Below are positions 39,021 through 49,941 of a stretch of DNA of 64,000 nucleotides, piece after piece (the stretch's first letter is position 1; the number at the start of each line of letters is the position of its first letter). A program made the position numbers and the translations under genes. Origin of the DNA: Candidatus Multivorans sp. (lineage in GTDB: Bacteria > Acidobacteriota > Thermoanaerobaculia > Multivoradales > Multivoraceae); assembly GCA_965224025.1 (NCBI GenBank), contig OZ245033.1, positions 640,001 through 704,000 of the forward strand, in the 5' to 3' direction. The notes beneath the pieces were generated by a model, which had not been told where the DNA came from, did not search any database, and saw only the letters and a list, made by a program, of their open reading frames with translations.

Positions 39021-39309
39021 GGGGGACCATATTGACCGGCACGGACACCGTGTCTTGTGGAGCGGCATGGTCCACGGCGTTCGCGGTGACCCGCACCTCC
39101 AGACCGCTCTCTTCGAGAACACGGTCCATGATCCCCTCCTCGCAGCAGCCCTCGATGAACAGGGCCATCGCCTCCTGCAGCATGGCCAAGGCTTCCCGGT
39201 GGGTAGAACCTTGGCTTGCCACGTGGAGTTGTGGACACGATGCGACCCATGTGTCGCGCTCACGGTGCAGTTCCGCGGGGAACTTGATGTTGACGCCGAC
39301 CCGGCTCAT
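38998..39309 (-). CDS. hicB: HicB-family antitoxin
   Basis: WVASCPQLHVASQGSTHREALAMLQEAMALF; GAGGAG RBS. Confidence 0.8.
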   Translation of the reverse strand: MSRVGVNIKFPAELHRERDTWVASCPQLHVASQGSTHREALAMLQEAMALFIEGCCEEGIMDRVLEESGLEVRVTANAVDHAAPQDTVSVPVNMVPHAQALAG

Positions 39310-39468
39310 GGGCTCGCTCCTCAGTCCGCGGAGCAGCGTAACATGGTGCCAGCGCATCCTGCGCCGCTCCGTGGTTTGGGCTTGATGCCGGCCAGAAGGC
39401 GGCCGCACCGGCGGTCGGCTTGTCGGGACGCCACTGCCAAGACCGATGCGCCCTCACTGCGGGCAAGT

Positions 39469-39494
39469 GCGGGCGAGACGCCCGCGTTCCCAGG
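39469..39494. repeat. REP-like R1 variant
   Basis: gcgggcgagacgcccgcgttcccagg. Confidence 0.75.
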
Positions 39495-39554
39495 ACGCGG
39501 ATCGCGCCACCCGGGTTCCCCAGGGACGAGCTGTGACATCGGAGACAGAGCCGC

Positions 39555-39805
39555 CAAAGCCCGACGCCGTCTAGCCTGCCCAGGTGGCTCGGAGCGAGCG
39601 ACGGCCGGCGCCCCTTCAACTACCAACGACCGACCGGAGCGAGCGTAGTGCAGTGAGCGCACCCCCGTTCATTTCTCCGACCAAGCGCGAATCCAGGTGG
39701 CGCGTTCCGCGCCACCTGTGAACCAGTCCGTGCGCCGGTCAGCGGGCGCACGGATGGCACGGCACCTGGGCACCCTCCCCCCGGAGCCCCGACCAGGCAG
39801 GCGGG
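39555..39805 (+). repeat. R2 repeat copy with an intact CTAG, carrying a nested R3 double hairpin (39694-39754)
   Basis: Core shared with 23707-23897; right arm cacctgggcaccctcccccggagccccg. Confidence 0.75.
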
Positions 39806-39954
39806 TGCAACCGACGACCCTTCGCCGCTCCGCTCCGCGCCGCACCGCGCCGCCGCTGCCCGGCCGATGCCCTATCTGCGGCAACCGCTCCGCTTACGCG
39901 GCCGAATTCCGGTACAGTGCCGCGCATGTGTCGCCGCATCATTGGGGCGGTCGC

Positions 39955-40998
39955 GTGAGTACCCGGCCCCTGTTGGCGGCCGCCGAGGGCGAGCGGGACC
40001 GAAAGGCTGAACACATCCGCCTGGCGCTGGATCGGCGCATGCAGGTGGAGCGCAGCTACTTCGACGACTACCGGTTCGAGCATCGGGCGCTGCCGGAGAT
40101 CGACTTCGACGATGTGCGGATCGGCACGGCGTTTCTGGGGCGGGAACTGAAGGCGCCGCTGCTCATTTCGTGCATGACCGGGGGCACGGGGGTTGCGGAG
40201 CAGATCAACCGGCGGCTTGCGGAGGCGGCCGAGGCTGGTCGCGTCGCTCTGGGAGTCGGGTCGCAGCGCAAGGCGATCGACGATCCGGAGACGGCGGCGA
40301 CGTTTCGGGTCCGGGAGTTCGCGCCCAACGTGCCGATTCTCGCCAACCTGGGCGCGGTGCAACTGAACTACGGCTACGGCATCGACGAGTGCCGGGCGGC
40401 GGTCGACATGGTCGAAGCGGACGCCCTGGTGCTGCACCTGAACGCGTTGCAGGAGACGCTCCAGCCGGAGGGGCAGTTGAACTTCCGCGGCCTGCTGCCG
40501 AAGATCGCGCGGGTGGTCGAAGCGATGGAGGTGCCGGTGATCGTCAAGGAGATCGGTAGCGGCATTTCGGCGGCGGTCGGCCAGGAGCTCGCCAACGTCG
40601 GCGTGCGGATTCTGGACACGGCGGGCGTGGGCGGTACGAGCTGGGCGCGGATCGAGGCCGCGCGGGCGGACGAGATCGCACTAGGCGAGCGCTTCGCCGA
40701 CTGGGGGTTGCCGACGCCGGAGTCGATCCGCCAGTTGGCGCAGGTGCCCGGCGTGCAGGTGATCGGCAGCGGCGGCATCCGGTCGGGCATCGACGCGGCG
40801 AAGGCGCTGGCGCTGGGCTCCGACGTCGCCGGCATGGCCTTCCCGTTCCTGGAGGCTGCGAACGCGTCGACCGCCGCGGTGGTCGATCGGATCGATCGTA
40901 CGGCCTTCGAGCTGCGCACCTGCATGTTCTGCACCGGCGCGGTGGACGTGGAGGCACTGCGCCGGGCGCCCCTTCGGCGAGGACGCGGCGATGGCTGA
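39955..40998 (+). CDS. fni: Type 2 isopentenyl-diphosphate delta-isomerase (FMN-dependent)
   Basis: RKAEHI, HRALPEI, SCMTGG, GVGSQR, ANLGAVQL, HLNALQE..QPEG, VKEIGSG, GGTSW, GSGGIR. Confidence 0.95.
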   Translation: MSTRPLLAAAEGERDRKAEHIRLALDRRMQVERSYFDDYRFEHRALPEIDFDDVRIGTAFLGRELKAPLLISCMTGGTGVAEQINRRLAEAAEAGRVALGVGSQRKAIDDPETAATFRVREFAPNVPILANLGAVQLNYGYGIDECRAAVDMVEADALVLHLNALQETLQPEGQLNFRGLLPKIARVVEAMEVPVIVKEIGSGISAAVGQELANVGVRILDTAGVGGTSWARIEAARADEIALGERFADWGLPTPESIRQLAQVPGVQVIGSGGIRSGIDAAKALALGSDVAGMAFPFLEAANASTAAVVDRIDRTAFELRTCMFCTGAVDVEALRRAPLRRGRGDG

Positions 40999-42250
40999 TC
41001 GACTGAGTCCCGAGCTCGAGGCGGCGGCGGCCGAGGTCGCCGGCGCCGAGCGCGGCTTCCATCGGTTGCCGGCGGACCTCGACGCGGCCGGCAAGGCCGC
41101 GGTCCGACGGCGCGCCCTTGACCTCGCGAGCGGCAGCGGGCCGCTCAGCGCCATCGGCAGCTACACCCTGGACGACGAACGCTCCTCCACCCAGCACTGC
41201 GAGAACTTCATCGGCGCCGCGCAGGTGCCGATGGGTGTTGCCGGTCCGGTCCTGGTGCGGGGCAGCGAGATCGACGGCACGGTCAGCGTGCCGATGGCGA
41301 CCACCGAGGGCGCCCTGCTCGCGAGCGTGAACCGCGGCTGCCGCGCGATCACTGCGGCCGGCGGCGCCACCGTCTTCGTCGAGGACGTCGGCATGACCCG
41401 GGCGCCGGTCTTCCGCACCGCGGGGATCGAGGAGACCCGTCGCCTGCTTGATTGGCTGCGGGCGAAGGAGGAAACGATCCGGGCCAAGGCCCAGGAGACG
41501 AGCCGGTACCTGAAATTGCTGGAGATCCGTCCCTCGGTGGTCGGCAGCACGGTCTTCCTGCGGTTCCGCTTCGCCACCGGCGATGCGATGGGCATGAACA
41601 TGGTGACGATCGCCTGCGACCGCGTGGTGTCCGAGCTGATCGAACCGGAGACCGGCGTCGAGTGCGTCGCGCTTTCCGGCAACTACTGCGTCGACAAGAA
41701 GCCTTCGGCGGTCAACTACCAGCTCGGCAGGGGCAAGAGGATTCACGCCGAGGTCGTGCTCGACGAGCTGACCGTGCGCAAGGTGCTGAAGTCGGAGGCC
41801 AAGGCGCTCCAGGATGTGGCCTACCGCAAGAACCTGCTCGGTTCGGTGGCGGCCGGCGCGCTTGCGTTCAACGCGCAGTTCGCCAACGTGCTCGCGGCGG
41901 TGTTCGTGGCCTGCGGCCAGGACGTTGCCCACGTGGTCGAGGGCGCGATGGGAGTCGCCTCGTTCGAGGCGCGCGACGACGGTTCGGTCTACGCCTCGGT
42001 CTACATGCCGGATTGCCCGCTGGCGGCGATCGGCGGCGGCACGGGTCTGGACACCCAGCGCGAAGCGCTCGCCGTGATGGGCGTGCGGCCCGACCCGGAC
42101 CGGCCCGGTGCGGCGGTGCGGCGCCTGGCGGAGATCGTCGGCGCGGTCGTTCTCGCCGGGGAGCTGTCGCTCACCGCGGCGTTCACCTCGCGCGACCTGG
42201 CGAGGGCACACGAGCGGCTGGCCCGCTCCGACCCGGCGAACCCGGACTGA
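40991..42250 (+). CDS. hmgA: HMG-CoA reductase, class I (NADPH; archaeal/eukaryote type)
   Basis: CENFIG, PMATTEGAL, TGDAMGMNM, cis-loop SGNYCVDKKP, GQD.AH, GELSL, C-terminal catalytic His (LARAHERL). Confidence 0.95.
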   Translation: MADRLSPELEAAAAEVAGAERGFHRLPADLDAAGKAAVRRRALDLASGSGPLSAIGSYTLDDERSSTQHCENFIGAAQVPMGVAGPVLVRGSEIDGTVSVPMATTEGALLASVNRGCRAITAAGGATVFVEDVGMTRAPVFRTAGIEETRRLLDWLRAKEETIRAKAQETSRYLKLLEIRPSVVGSTVFLRFRFATGDAMGMNMVTIACDRVVSELIEPETGVECVALSGNYCVDKKPSAVNYQLGRGKRIHAEVVLDELTVRKVLKSEAKALQDVAYRKNLLGSVAAGALAFNAQFANVLAAVFVACGQDVAHVVEGAMGVASFEARDDGSVYASVYMPDCPLAAIGGGTGLDTQREALAVMGVRPDPDRPGAAVRRLAEIVGAVVLAGELSLTAAFTSRDLARAHERLARSDPANPD

Positions 42251-42259
42251 TCGCCGCCC

Positions 42260-43390
42260 ATGGCCGACGCCAGAACGGTGCGGCTGAGCGTGCCCGGCAA
42301 GGTCATCCTGATGGGCGAGCACGCGGCTGTGTACGGCCGGCCGGCGGTGGTGGCGGCGGTTGACCTGCGTCTCACGGTGGAGGCGTGTGTGGGATCGGCG
42401 GCCGCCACGAGCGGCGGCGAGGTCCACATCGATATGCCCGACATCGGGGTTGAAGAGCAGCATTCTTGGACGGCGGTGGCGAACTTCGCGAAGCGGGCGC
42501 GCCGGCGCTGGCTTGCCTTCAGAGCGGGCGAGGAGCCGTTCTCCGTGAATCGGGACCGCGGCGCTCTGGTTCGCATCGCGGTTGGCGAGGCGCTCGCTTC
42601 GCTGACGCCGCTGGCTTCGGCAGGGCTGCGGGAACGGCATCTGGAACTGAGGTTGCGTTCGTTGATTCCGGTCGGGGCCGGCCTGGGCAGTTCGGCGGCA
42701 GCCGCGGTGGGAGTAGTTTCGGCGATTCGCGCAGCTTCGTCGGCGATGTTGGGCGGGAGCGTTGAGCCGGCCGCAGCTTTCGCACAGGCCGAGGTCGCCG
42801 CGATCGAGTCCACGGCGCTGGAAGTCGAGCGGCGGCAGCACGGGTTCCCGTCGGGCATCGACAGCGGCACGGTCCTGCGGGGCGGTGTTCTCCTGATACG
42901 CGACAGAGGGGGCGACCTGCGGTTCGACGACTTGCCCCAGCGGGAGTGGCTTCGAAGCGGGATCCGGATCGTCGACAGTGGCACGCCGGGCCAAACGACG
43001 GGTGCCGTGGTGACGACTGTTCGTCGGCGATACGAGGAGAATCCGGAACGGGTTGACGTGGTGCTCGACCGGATCGGTTCGGCCGTCGATGCCTTTCGCG
43101 TGGCCCTGGTCGACGATCGGCGTCGCGACGCGGTGGCGGCGATCTCGGCCGCTCATGGGGCTCTGGTCGATCTCGGCGTCGTGCCGGGCGCCATCGCTGA
43201 ACGCATCGCAAGGATCGAGGCCGCCGGCGGCGCCGCCAAGATCTCGGGCGCCGGGGCGCTCGAGGGCGAATCGGCGGGAGCGCTGATCTGCATGCTCCGG
43301 GGACGTGAGCCGGAAACGATCGAAGGCTTGTCGGATCTCGCACCGGTCGATGCGCCCATCGGGGCGGACGGCCTGCGGTTCGAGGACTGA
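42260..43390 (+). CDS. mvk: Mevalonate kinase
   Basis: PGKVILMGEHAAVYG, PVGAGLGSSAA, HGFPSGID, KISGAG. Confidence 0.9.
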   Translation: MADARTVRLSVPGKVILMGEHAAVYGRPAVVAAVDLRLTVEACVGSAAATSGGEVHIDMPDIGVEEQHSWTAVANFAKRARRRWLAFRAGEEPFSVNRDRGALVRIAVGEALASLTPLASAGLRERHLELRLRSLIPVGAGLGSSAAAAVGVVSAIRAASSAMLGGSVEPAAAFAQAEVAAIESTALEVERRQHGFPSGIDSGTVLRGGVLLIRDRGGDLRFDDLPQREWLRSGIRIVDSGTPGQTTGAVVTTVRRRYEENPERVDVVLDRIGSAVDAFRVALVDDRRRDAVAAISAAHGALVDLGVVPGAIAERIARIEAAGGAAKISGAGALEGESAGALICMLRGREPETIEGLSDLAPVDAPIGADGLRFED

Positions 43391-43420
43391 GCTAGGCCAG
43401 GACGGAGACTCGCGCACCGA

Positions 43421-43605
43421 CGTCCAGCCCAGTCGGGTCAGGAGGGGTCGGCTCCCAGGTGCCTCTGAACGAGCGCCGGCCAACGCCCTCCCAGGAACCG
43501 ACGCCCAACCGGAGCGAGTGAAGCGGAGTGAGCGCCACCCCCTCCCATCTCCTCTCAAGCGCTCACGTCACCTGGGAGCAGACCCCTCCTGACCCAAGAC
43601 GGGCG
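43421..43605 (+). repeat. R2 repeat copy within the mevalonate operon
   Basis: Arms gggtcaggaggggtcggctcccaggtg / cacctgggagcagacccctcctgaccc; core caaccggagcgag...gtgagcgc. Confidence 0.75.
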
Positions 43606-43697
43606 GGTGCGTCCTCCGCCGCTACACGCGCCGTCGCCGGCGCACTCAGTTCTGGCGCGCACGCGGTGGAGTGCGGCTGTAGGCTCGGAATCGAGTC

Positions 43698-44762
43698 ATG
43701 GAGTCCACCCTCGTACCGGTGCGCGAGCCGGGTCCGGTGACCGCGGAGGCGCCGTCGAACATCGCCTTCATCAAGTACTGGGGCGCTCGCGATCTCGAAG
43801 GCGATTCTGAAGGTCCCGTGCCGTTCAACCGATCGCTGTCGATGACCCTCCGCGCGTGCCGGTCCATCTGTTCGGCGTCGCCGCTCGCGGACGGCAAGGA
43901 GGACGAAGTCTGGTGGCTGGACAAGCCGGCCGGCGACCGGCCGGGCGCGCCCGCCCCGCCGCCCCCGGCCTTCGTCGAGCGCACCAGGCGGCACCTCGAC
44001 CGGCTGCGCGAGTGGTCTCGTCAGACGGCCGCGCCGTACGCAGGCGGGTTCCGGATCGCGACCTGCAACACCTTCCCGACGGCTGCCGGAATCGCCTCGT
44101 CGGCCTCTGGTTTCACCGCCCTGACGCTTGCCGTAGCGACCTGCATGGGCTTCGACCTGGCCCCGCGAACGCACTCGGAGCTGTCGCGGAGAAGCGGTTC
44201 GGGTTCGGCCGCGCGTTCCGCATGGGGTGGCTACGTGGAGTGGCCAGATGTCGACGGCAACGCGGCTGTCCAGATCCTCGACGAGCGGGCCTGGGTGCTG
44301 TGCGATCTGGTCGCCGTCGTCGAGACCGGGGCGAAGAAGGTGTCGTCGCGGGACGGCCACCGGCGGGCCGAGAGCAGTCCGTACTTCGCGCCGCGCCTCG
44401 CTGCGCTCGACGGGCGGCTGGAGCGGGTGCGCGCCGCGCTGCGCGACCGCAACTTCAAGGCGCTCGGCGACGCGGTCGAGGAGGAGGGGATCGATCTGCA
44501 CCTGATCGCGATGTCCTCCCGGCCGCCGGTCTACTACTGGTCGCCGGGGACGATCGAGGTGCTGGCGGCTGTTCGTGGCTTGCGCGCCGACGGCGTTGCC
44601 GCCTACGCCACGATGGACGCCGGCGCGAACGTTCACGTGATCTGCCGGCCGGCCGATGCGCCGCAGGCGGCGGACCGGCTGGAGGCGCTCGACAGCGTCG
44701 AGTACGTCCTGCGCGATCGCACGGGCGGCCCGCCGGTGTGGCGAAGCGGCGCCGAGCTCTGA
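43698..44762 (+). CDS. mvaD: Mevalonate (di)phosphate decarboxylase family; probably mevalonate 5-phosphate decarboxylase
   Basis: SNIAFIKYWG, AGIASSASG, GSGSAARS, KKVSSRDGH, TMDAGANVH. Confidence 0.88.
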   Translation: MESTLVPVREPGPVTAEAPSNIAFIKYWGARDLEGDSEGPVPFNRSLSMTLRACRSICSASPLADGKEDEVWWLDKPAGDRPGAPAPPPPAFVERTRRHLDRLREWSRQTAAPYAGGFRIATCNTFPTAAGIASSASGFTALTLAVATCMGFDLAPRTHSELSRRSGSGSAARSAWGGYVEWPDVDGNAAVQILDERAWVLCDLVAVVETGAKKVSSRDGHRRAESSPYFAPRLAALDGRLERVRAALRDRNFKALGDAVEEEGIDLHLIAMSSRPPVYYWSPGTIEVLAAVRGLRADGVAAYATMDAGANVHVICRPADAPQAADRLEALDSVEYVLRDRTGGPPVWRSGAEL

Positions 44763-44764
44763 CC

Positions 44765-45703
44765 ATGGCCGCCGGTTCGAGGCAGCAAGAGGGCGATACG
44801 CGGGGCCGGCTGGGCGTGACCCTGGTCAAGCTCGGCGGCAGCCTGATCACCGACAAGACGAAGCCGCGCACCGTCGAGCGGGAACGCGTGCGGCGGCTGG
44901 CGGCCGAGATCGCCGCCGGGTGGACGGGCGGCGGCCTGATCGTCGGCCACGGCAGCGGCTCCTTCGGTCATCCGGAAGCGCGGGCGGCCGGCCTGGTCGG
45001 AGGCGGGGGCGGCCGCCGGCTCGACTCGCTGGCGGACCGGATGGGCATCGCCCGCACGCAGTCCGCGGCGCAGGCCCTGCACCGGATGATCGTCTCCAGT
45101 CTGATCGACGCCGGCGTGCCGGCGTACTCCCAGCCGCCGTCCGGCTTCCTGGTGGCGGAGGACGGAAAGCCGCACGGCGATCCCCCCGCGCCCCTGGCCG
45201 AAGCTCTGCGGTTGGGCCTGGCGCCGGTGACCATGGGCGACGTGGCGATCGACCGCCGGCGCGGGGCGGCGATCGTCTCGACCGAGACCGTGTTCGAGTT
45301 TCTGGCCGGCGCGCTGCCGCCGCTCGGGATCGAGGTGCGGCGCGCCTTGTGGCTGGGCGTTGTGGCGGGCGTCCTGGATGACGCGGGCCGGCTGATTGCG
45401 CGCATCGACGCGACGAACATCGAGGCGGCTTCGGCGGCCGCCGGCGGTTCGGCGGCGGTCGACGTGACGGGCGGCATGGAGCACCGCCTGGTCACCGCCT
45501 GGCGTCTGGCCCGGGGCGGCGTGGAGTCGCTGATTCTCGACGGCCGCGAGCCGGGCCTGCTGGAGGCCGTGCTCCGGCATCCGGGGCGTGCGGCGGAAGG
45601 CGCCGGTACACTCGTCTGTTCCAGGGAACCCGGGTGGCGCAAGCTTGCGCCACCCGCGAACCAGTCCGAGCGCCCGTCATCGGGCGCTCGGAGGGAACGA
45701 TGA
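44765..45703 (+). CDS. Isopentenyl phosphate kinase (amino-acid kinase family)
   Basis: VKLGGSLITDK, GHGSGSFGH (IPK His), PV..GDV, IVSTE, DVTGGM; located in the MVA operon. Confidence 0.88.
   Translation: MAAGSRQQEGDTRGRLGVTLVKLGGSLITDKTKPRTVERERVRRLAAEIAAGWTGGGLIVGHGSGSFGHPEARAAGLVGGGGGRRLDSLADRMGIARTQSAAQALHRMIVSSLIDAGVPAYSQPPSGFLVAEDGKPHGDPPAPLAEALRLGLAPVTMGDVAIDRRRGAAIVSTETVFEFLAGALPPLGIEVRRALWLGVVAGVLDDAGRLIARIDATNIEAASAAAGGSAAVDVTGGMEHRLVTAWRLARGGVESLILDGREPGLLEAVLRHPGRAAEGAGTLVCSREPGWRKLAPPANQSERPSSGARRER
45631..45692. repeat. R3 double-hairpin repeat encoding the C-terminal extension of IPK
   Basis: Perfect 26-bp palindrome cgggtggcgcaagcttgcgccacccg, then aaccag, then hairpin tccgagcgcc..ggcgctcgga. 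Homolog at 39694-39754. Confidence 0.8.
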
Positions 45704-46380
45704 CCATGCGCGCGAGCAGCACCGTCGAGGACTACTTGAAGTGCATCTTCCTGGCCGAGCAGGAGGCGCGGCAGAGGGGGCAAGACCTCGTGCCCATGGG
45801 CCATATCGCGGGTCTACTGGAGGTGGCGCCGGCTTCGGTCACCGCGATGATGAAGACTCTGGCCGAGTCCGGTCTCATCGCCTACGAGCCCTACAGCGGT
45901 GTACGGCTGGAGCCCGCGGGCCGCAAGCTGGCGGCGCACGTCCTCCGGCGGCACCGGCTGGTCGAGTTGTTTCTGGTCAACAAGATGGGCTTCGACTGGA
46001 GCGAGGTCCACTCCGAGGCCGAGCTGCTCGAGCACGCGGTTTCCGAACGGATGATCGAGCGGATGGACGAAATGCTGGGCCATCCGTCGGTCGACCCGCA
46101 CGGCGATCCGATCCCCAGCGCCGACGGCCATATCGAGATCGTGGACCATCCCAGCCTGCTGAAGTGCGCGCTGAACTGCACGGTCGAGGTGGTGCGGGTC
46201 ACCGATCAGGACGCTGAGTTCCTGCGCTTCGCCGAGCGCGAGGGTCTGGCGCCCGGGAAGTGGGTCGAGGTGGCGGCGCGGGACGAGACCGCGGGCAGCG
46301 TCGCGGTGATCTCCGGGACCAGGCAGCTCAGCCTGGGGTTCCCGGCCGCGTCCAGGGTTCTGGTGCGAGAGGCGCCGTGA
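45700..46380 (+). CDS. DtxR/MntR-family metal-dependent repressor with a FeoA-like domain
   Basis: VEDYLKCI, VAPASVTAMMK, RRHRLVELFL, EAELLEHAVS, DPHGDPIP. Confidence 0.93.
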   Translation: MTMRASSTVEDYLKCIFLAEQEARQRGQDLVPMGHIAGLLEVAPASVTAMMKTLAESGLIAYEPYSGVRLEPAGRKLAAHVLRRHRLVELFLVNKMGFDWSEVHSEAELLEHAVSERMIERMDEMLGHPSVDPHGDPIPSADGHIEIVDHPSLLKCALNCTVEVVRVTDQDAEFLRFAEREGLAPGKWVEVAARDETAGSVAVISGTRQLSLGFPAASRVLVREAP

Positions 46381-46417
46381 ACTGCGGCCACCTGCGGCCC
46401 GGTCTCGGGGGTTGGGA

Positions 46418-46923
46418 CTAGCCCGTCGTCTCGCCGGTTGGGGTGACCACGAACAGCGGATCGCCACCGTCGACGGTCTGACCGACCTCGACCAGGAGCT
46501 TGTCCAGCCGGCCATCGATTTCCGACTGGATCTCGTTCTCCATCTTCATCGCCTCGAGCACGAGGACGCCCTGGCCGGAGGCCACGTTCTCGCCTTTGAC
46601 GGCGAGCACCGCGGTGACCCGGCCGGGCATGTAGGCGGTGGCCTCGAACACGCCGTCCTCGGCCTGCTCTGCGGCGGCGGCGAAGTCCCGCGACCGGGCG
46701 TCGATCACCCGCAGTTCGGCGCCGTCGACGACGTAGACGCCCTTGCCGAGGGCGCGGACGCTCGCTGTGGCCTGGCGTCCTTCGACGATCACGCTCAGCA
46801 CGTCCGGACGGCCCACGGTCGCCGCGTCGACCCGGTACTCGCGGCCGTCGATGGCGATGGTCCAGTTGCCGTTCGTTTCGGCCTGGGCCTCGACCTGGAC
46901 TTCGCGGTCCGCGCTGGCGACGA

Positions 46924-46933
<10 letters not shown>
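46418..46933 (-). CDS. Biotin carboxyl carrier protein
   Basis: MPGRV...LEAMKMENEI biotinylation motif. Confidence 0.92.
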
Positions 46934-48468
<1,535 letters not shown>

Positions 48469-48556
48469 GCCAGGAGGCGAATCCTAGCGCCGTCAGCCCC
48501 GAAAGCCTCACTCCGCGCGGGAGTTATAGTGTTTGTTCCAACCTGGAGGAGAGGCG

Positions 48557-49924
48557 ATGAACATGGAAGGAAGTCTCGGGCAGGACGGGGGCGGCGGCGA
48601 GAACTGGGGTCCTCCGGTGACCAGGAAATCCCTGATGCGAGGCGGTCTGGCGGCGCTGCTCGTGGCGCCGTGGACGGCATCGTCCTTCGGAGCTGGAGGC
48701 GGACAGGAATCGGACGACGAAGGCGCCGAGGCGTCGGGCCGGACCCAGGGCTCGGGCGCCACCGACGACGAGATCGTCCTAGGCGTGTCCGCCGCCTTCT
48801 CGGGCCCGTCCAGGGGTCTGGGCGCCGAGCTCTACCGGGGCGCCACGGCGTACTTCAACCACGTGAACGACAACGGCGGCATCGAGGGCCGCAAGATCAG
48901 CATGAAGCTGTACGACGACGGATATCAGCCCGACCCGTGCGTTCAGAACACGATGAGGCTCATGCTGGAGGACAAGGTGTTCCTTCTCTTCGGTTATGTC
49001 GGAACGCCGACCGTCACTCGGGTGCTGCCGATCCTCAAGAAGTTCCAGAACGAGAGCGTCTTCCTGTTCTTCCCCTTCACCGGCGCCCAGCCGCAGCGTG
49101 AGCCGCCCTACGGCGAGTTCGCGTTCAACCTGCGGGCTTCCTACAACCAGGAGACAGCCGGTCTCGTCGACAACCTGGTGCGCATCGGCAAGCGGCGGAT
49201 CGCCGTCTTCTACCAGATCGACGCCTACGGGCGCAGCGGTTGGGCGGGGGTCCGGGCGGCTCTGGCCAAGCACGGGGAGAAGCTTGCCGGCGAAGCCACC
49301 TACAGCCGGGGCGAGAAGTTCACGGGCAGCATGAGGAAGCAGGTGGAGATCCGGCGGAGCGTTTCGCCGGACGCGGTGATCTGTGTCGGGGCCTACGCGG
49401 CCTGCGCCGCCTTCGCGCGCGACGCGGTGGATTTGGGACTCGACGTTCCGATCGCCAACCTGTCCTTCGTGGGCAGCGAGAACCTGCTCAAGCTTCTGAC
49501 CGAGGGCCGCGACGACAGCGAGGAGTACACGCGGCTGCTGATCAACTCCCAGGTGGTCCCGAGCTACGAAGACGCGTCGATTCCGGCGGTCACTGAGTAC
49601 CGCGCGCTGATGGCCCACCACGACCCCCAGGTTCCGCGGGAACTGGTCCAGGAGGAGTACACGCCCTTCGCGCACAGCTTCGGCAGTCTCGAGGGCTTCC
49701 TCAACGCCAAGCTCCTGGCGGAGATCCTCCGGCGGCTCGGTCCGAGTCCCGACCGGGCGGGACTGGAGAAAGCCGTGTTCTCCGTCCGCGACTTCGATGT
49801 CGGGATCAGCGAGAAGGTGTCGTTCGGCCCCGACCGTCGCCAGGGGCTTCAGAGCGTGTACCACACCGTGGTGGAAGGCGGTCGGTTCGTGCCCCTGGAA
49901 GACTGGGGCGCCAGGTTCGCCTGA
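48557..49924 (+). CDS. LivK-like (type I) periplasmic substrate-binding protein
   Basis: GGIEGRKI..YDDGYQP, VFLLFGYVGTPT, FNLRASY, YQIDAYG; Tat-like TRKSLM signal. Confidence 0.88.
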   Translation: MNMEGSLGQDGGGGENWGPPVTRKSLMRGGLAALLVAPWTASSFGAGGGQESDDEGAEASGRTQGSGATDDEIVLGVSAAFSGPSRGLGAELYRGATAYFNHVNDNGGIEGRKISMKLYDDGYQPDPCVQNTMRLMLEDKVFLLFGYVGTPTVTRVLPILKKFQNESVFLFFPFTGAQPQREPPYGEFAFNLRASYNQETAGLVDNLVRIGKRRIAVFYQIDAYGRSGWAGVRAALAKHGEKLAGEATYSRGEKFTGSMRKQVEIRRSVSPDAVICVGAYAACAAFARDAVDLGLDVPIANLSFVGSENLLKLLTEGRDDSEEYTRLLINSQVVPSYEDASIPAVTEYRALMAHHDPQVPRELVQEEYTPFAHSFGSLEGFLNAKLLAEILRRLGPSPDRAGLEKAVFSVRDFDVGISEKVSFGPDRRQGLQSVYHTVVEGGRFVPLEDWGARFA

Positions 49925-49941
49925 CATCGGTTCCTCCTGAG

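Noticed and set aside
43856-44764. Apparent N-terminal extension of IPK (also 54542-55684 for M20b and 25141-25686 for frmA)
   Set aside because: Alternative-frame overlap with the neighbouring real gene, not a true fusion.
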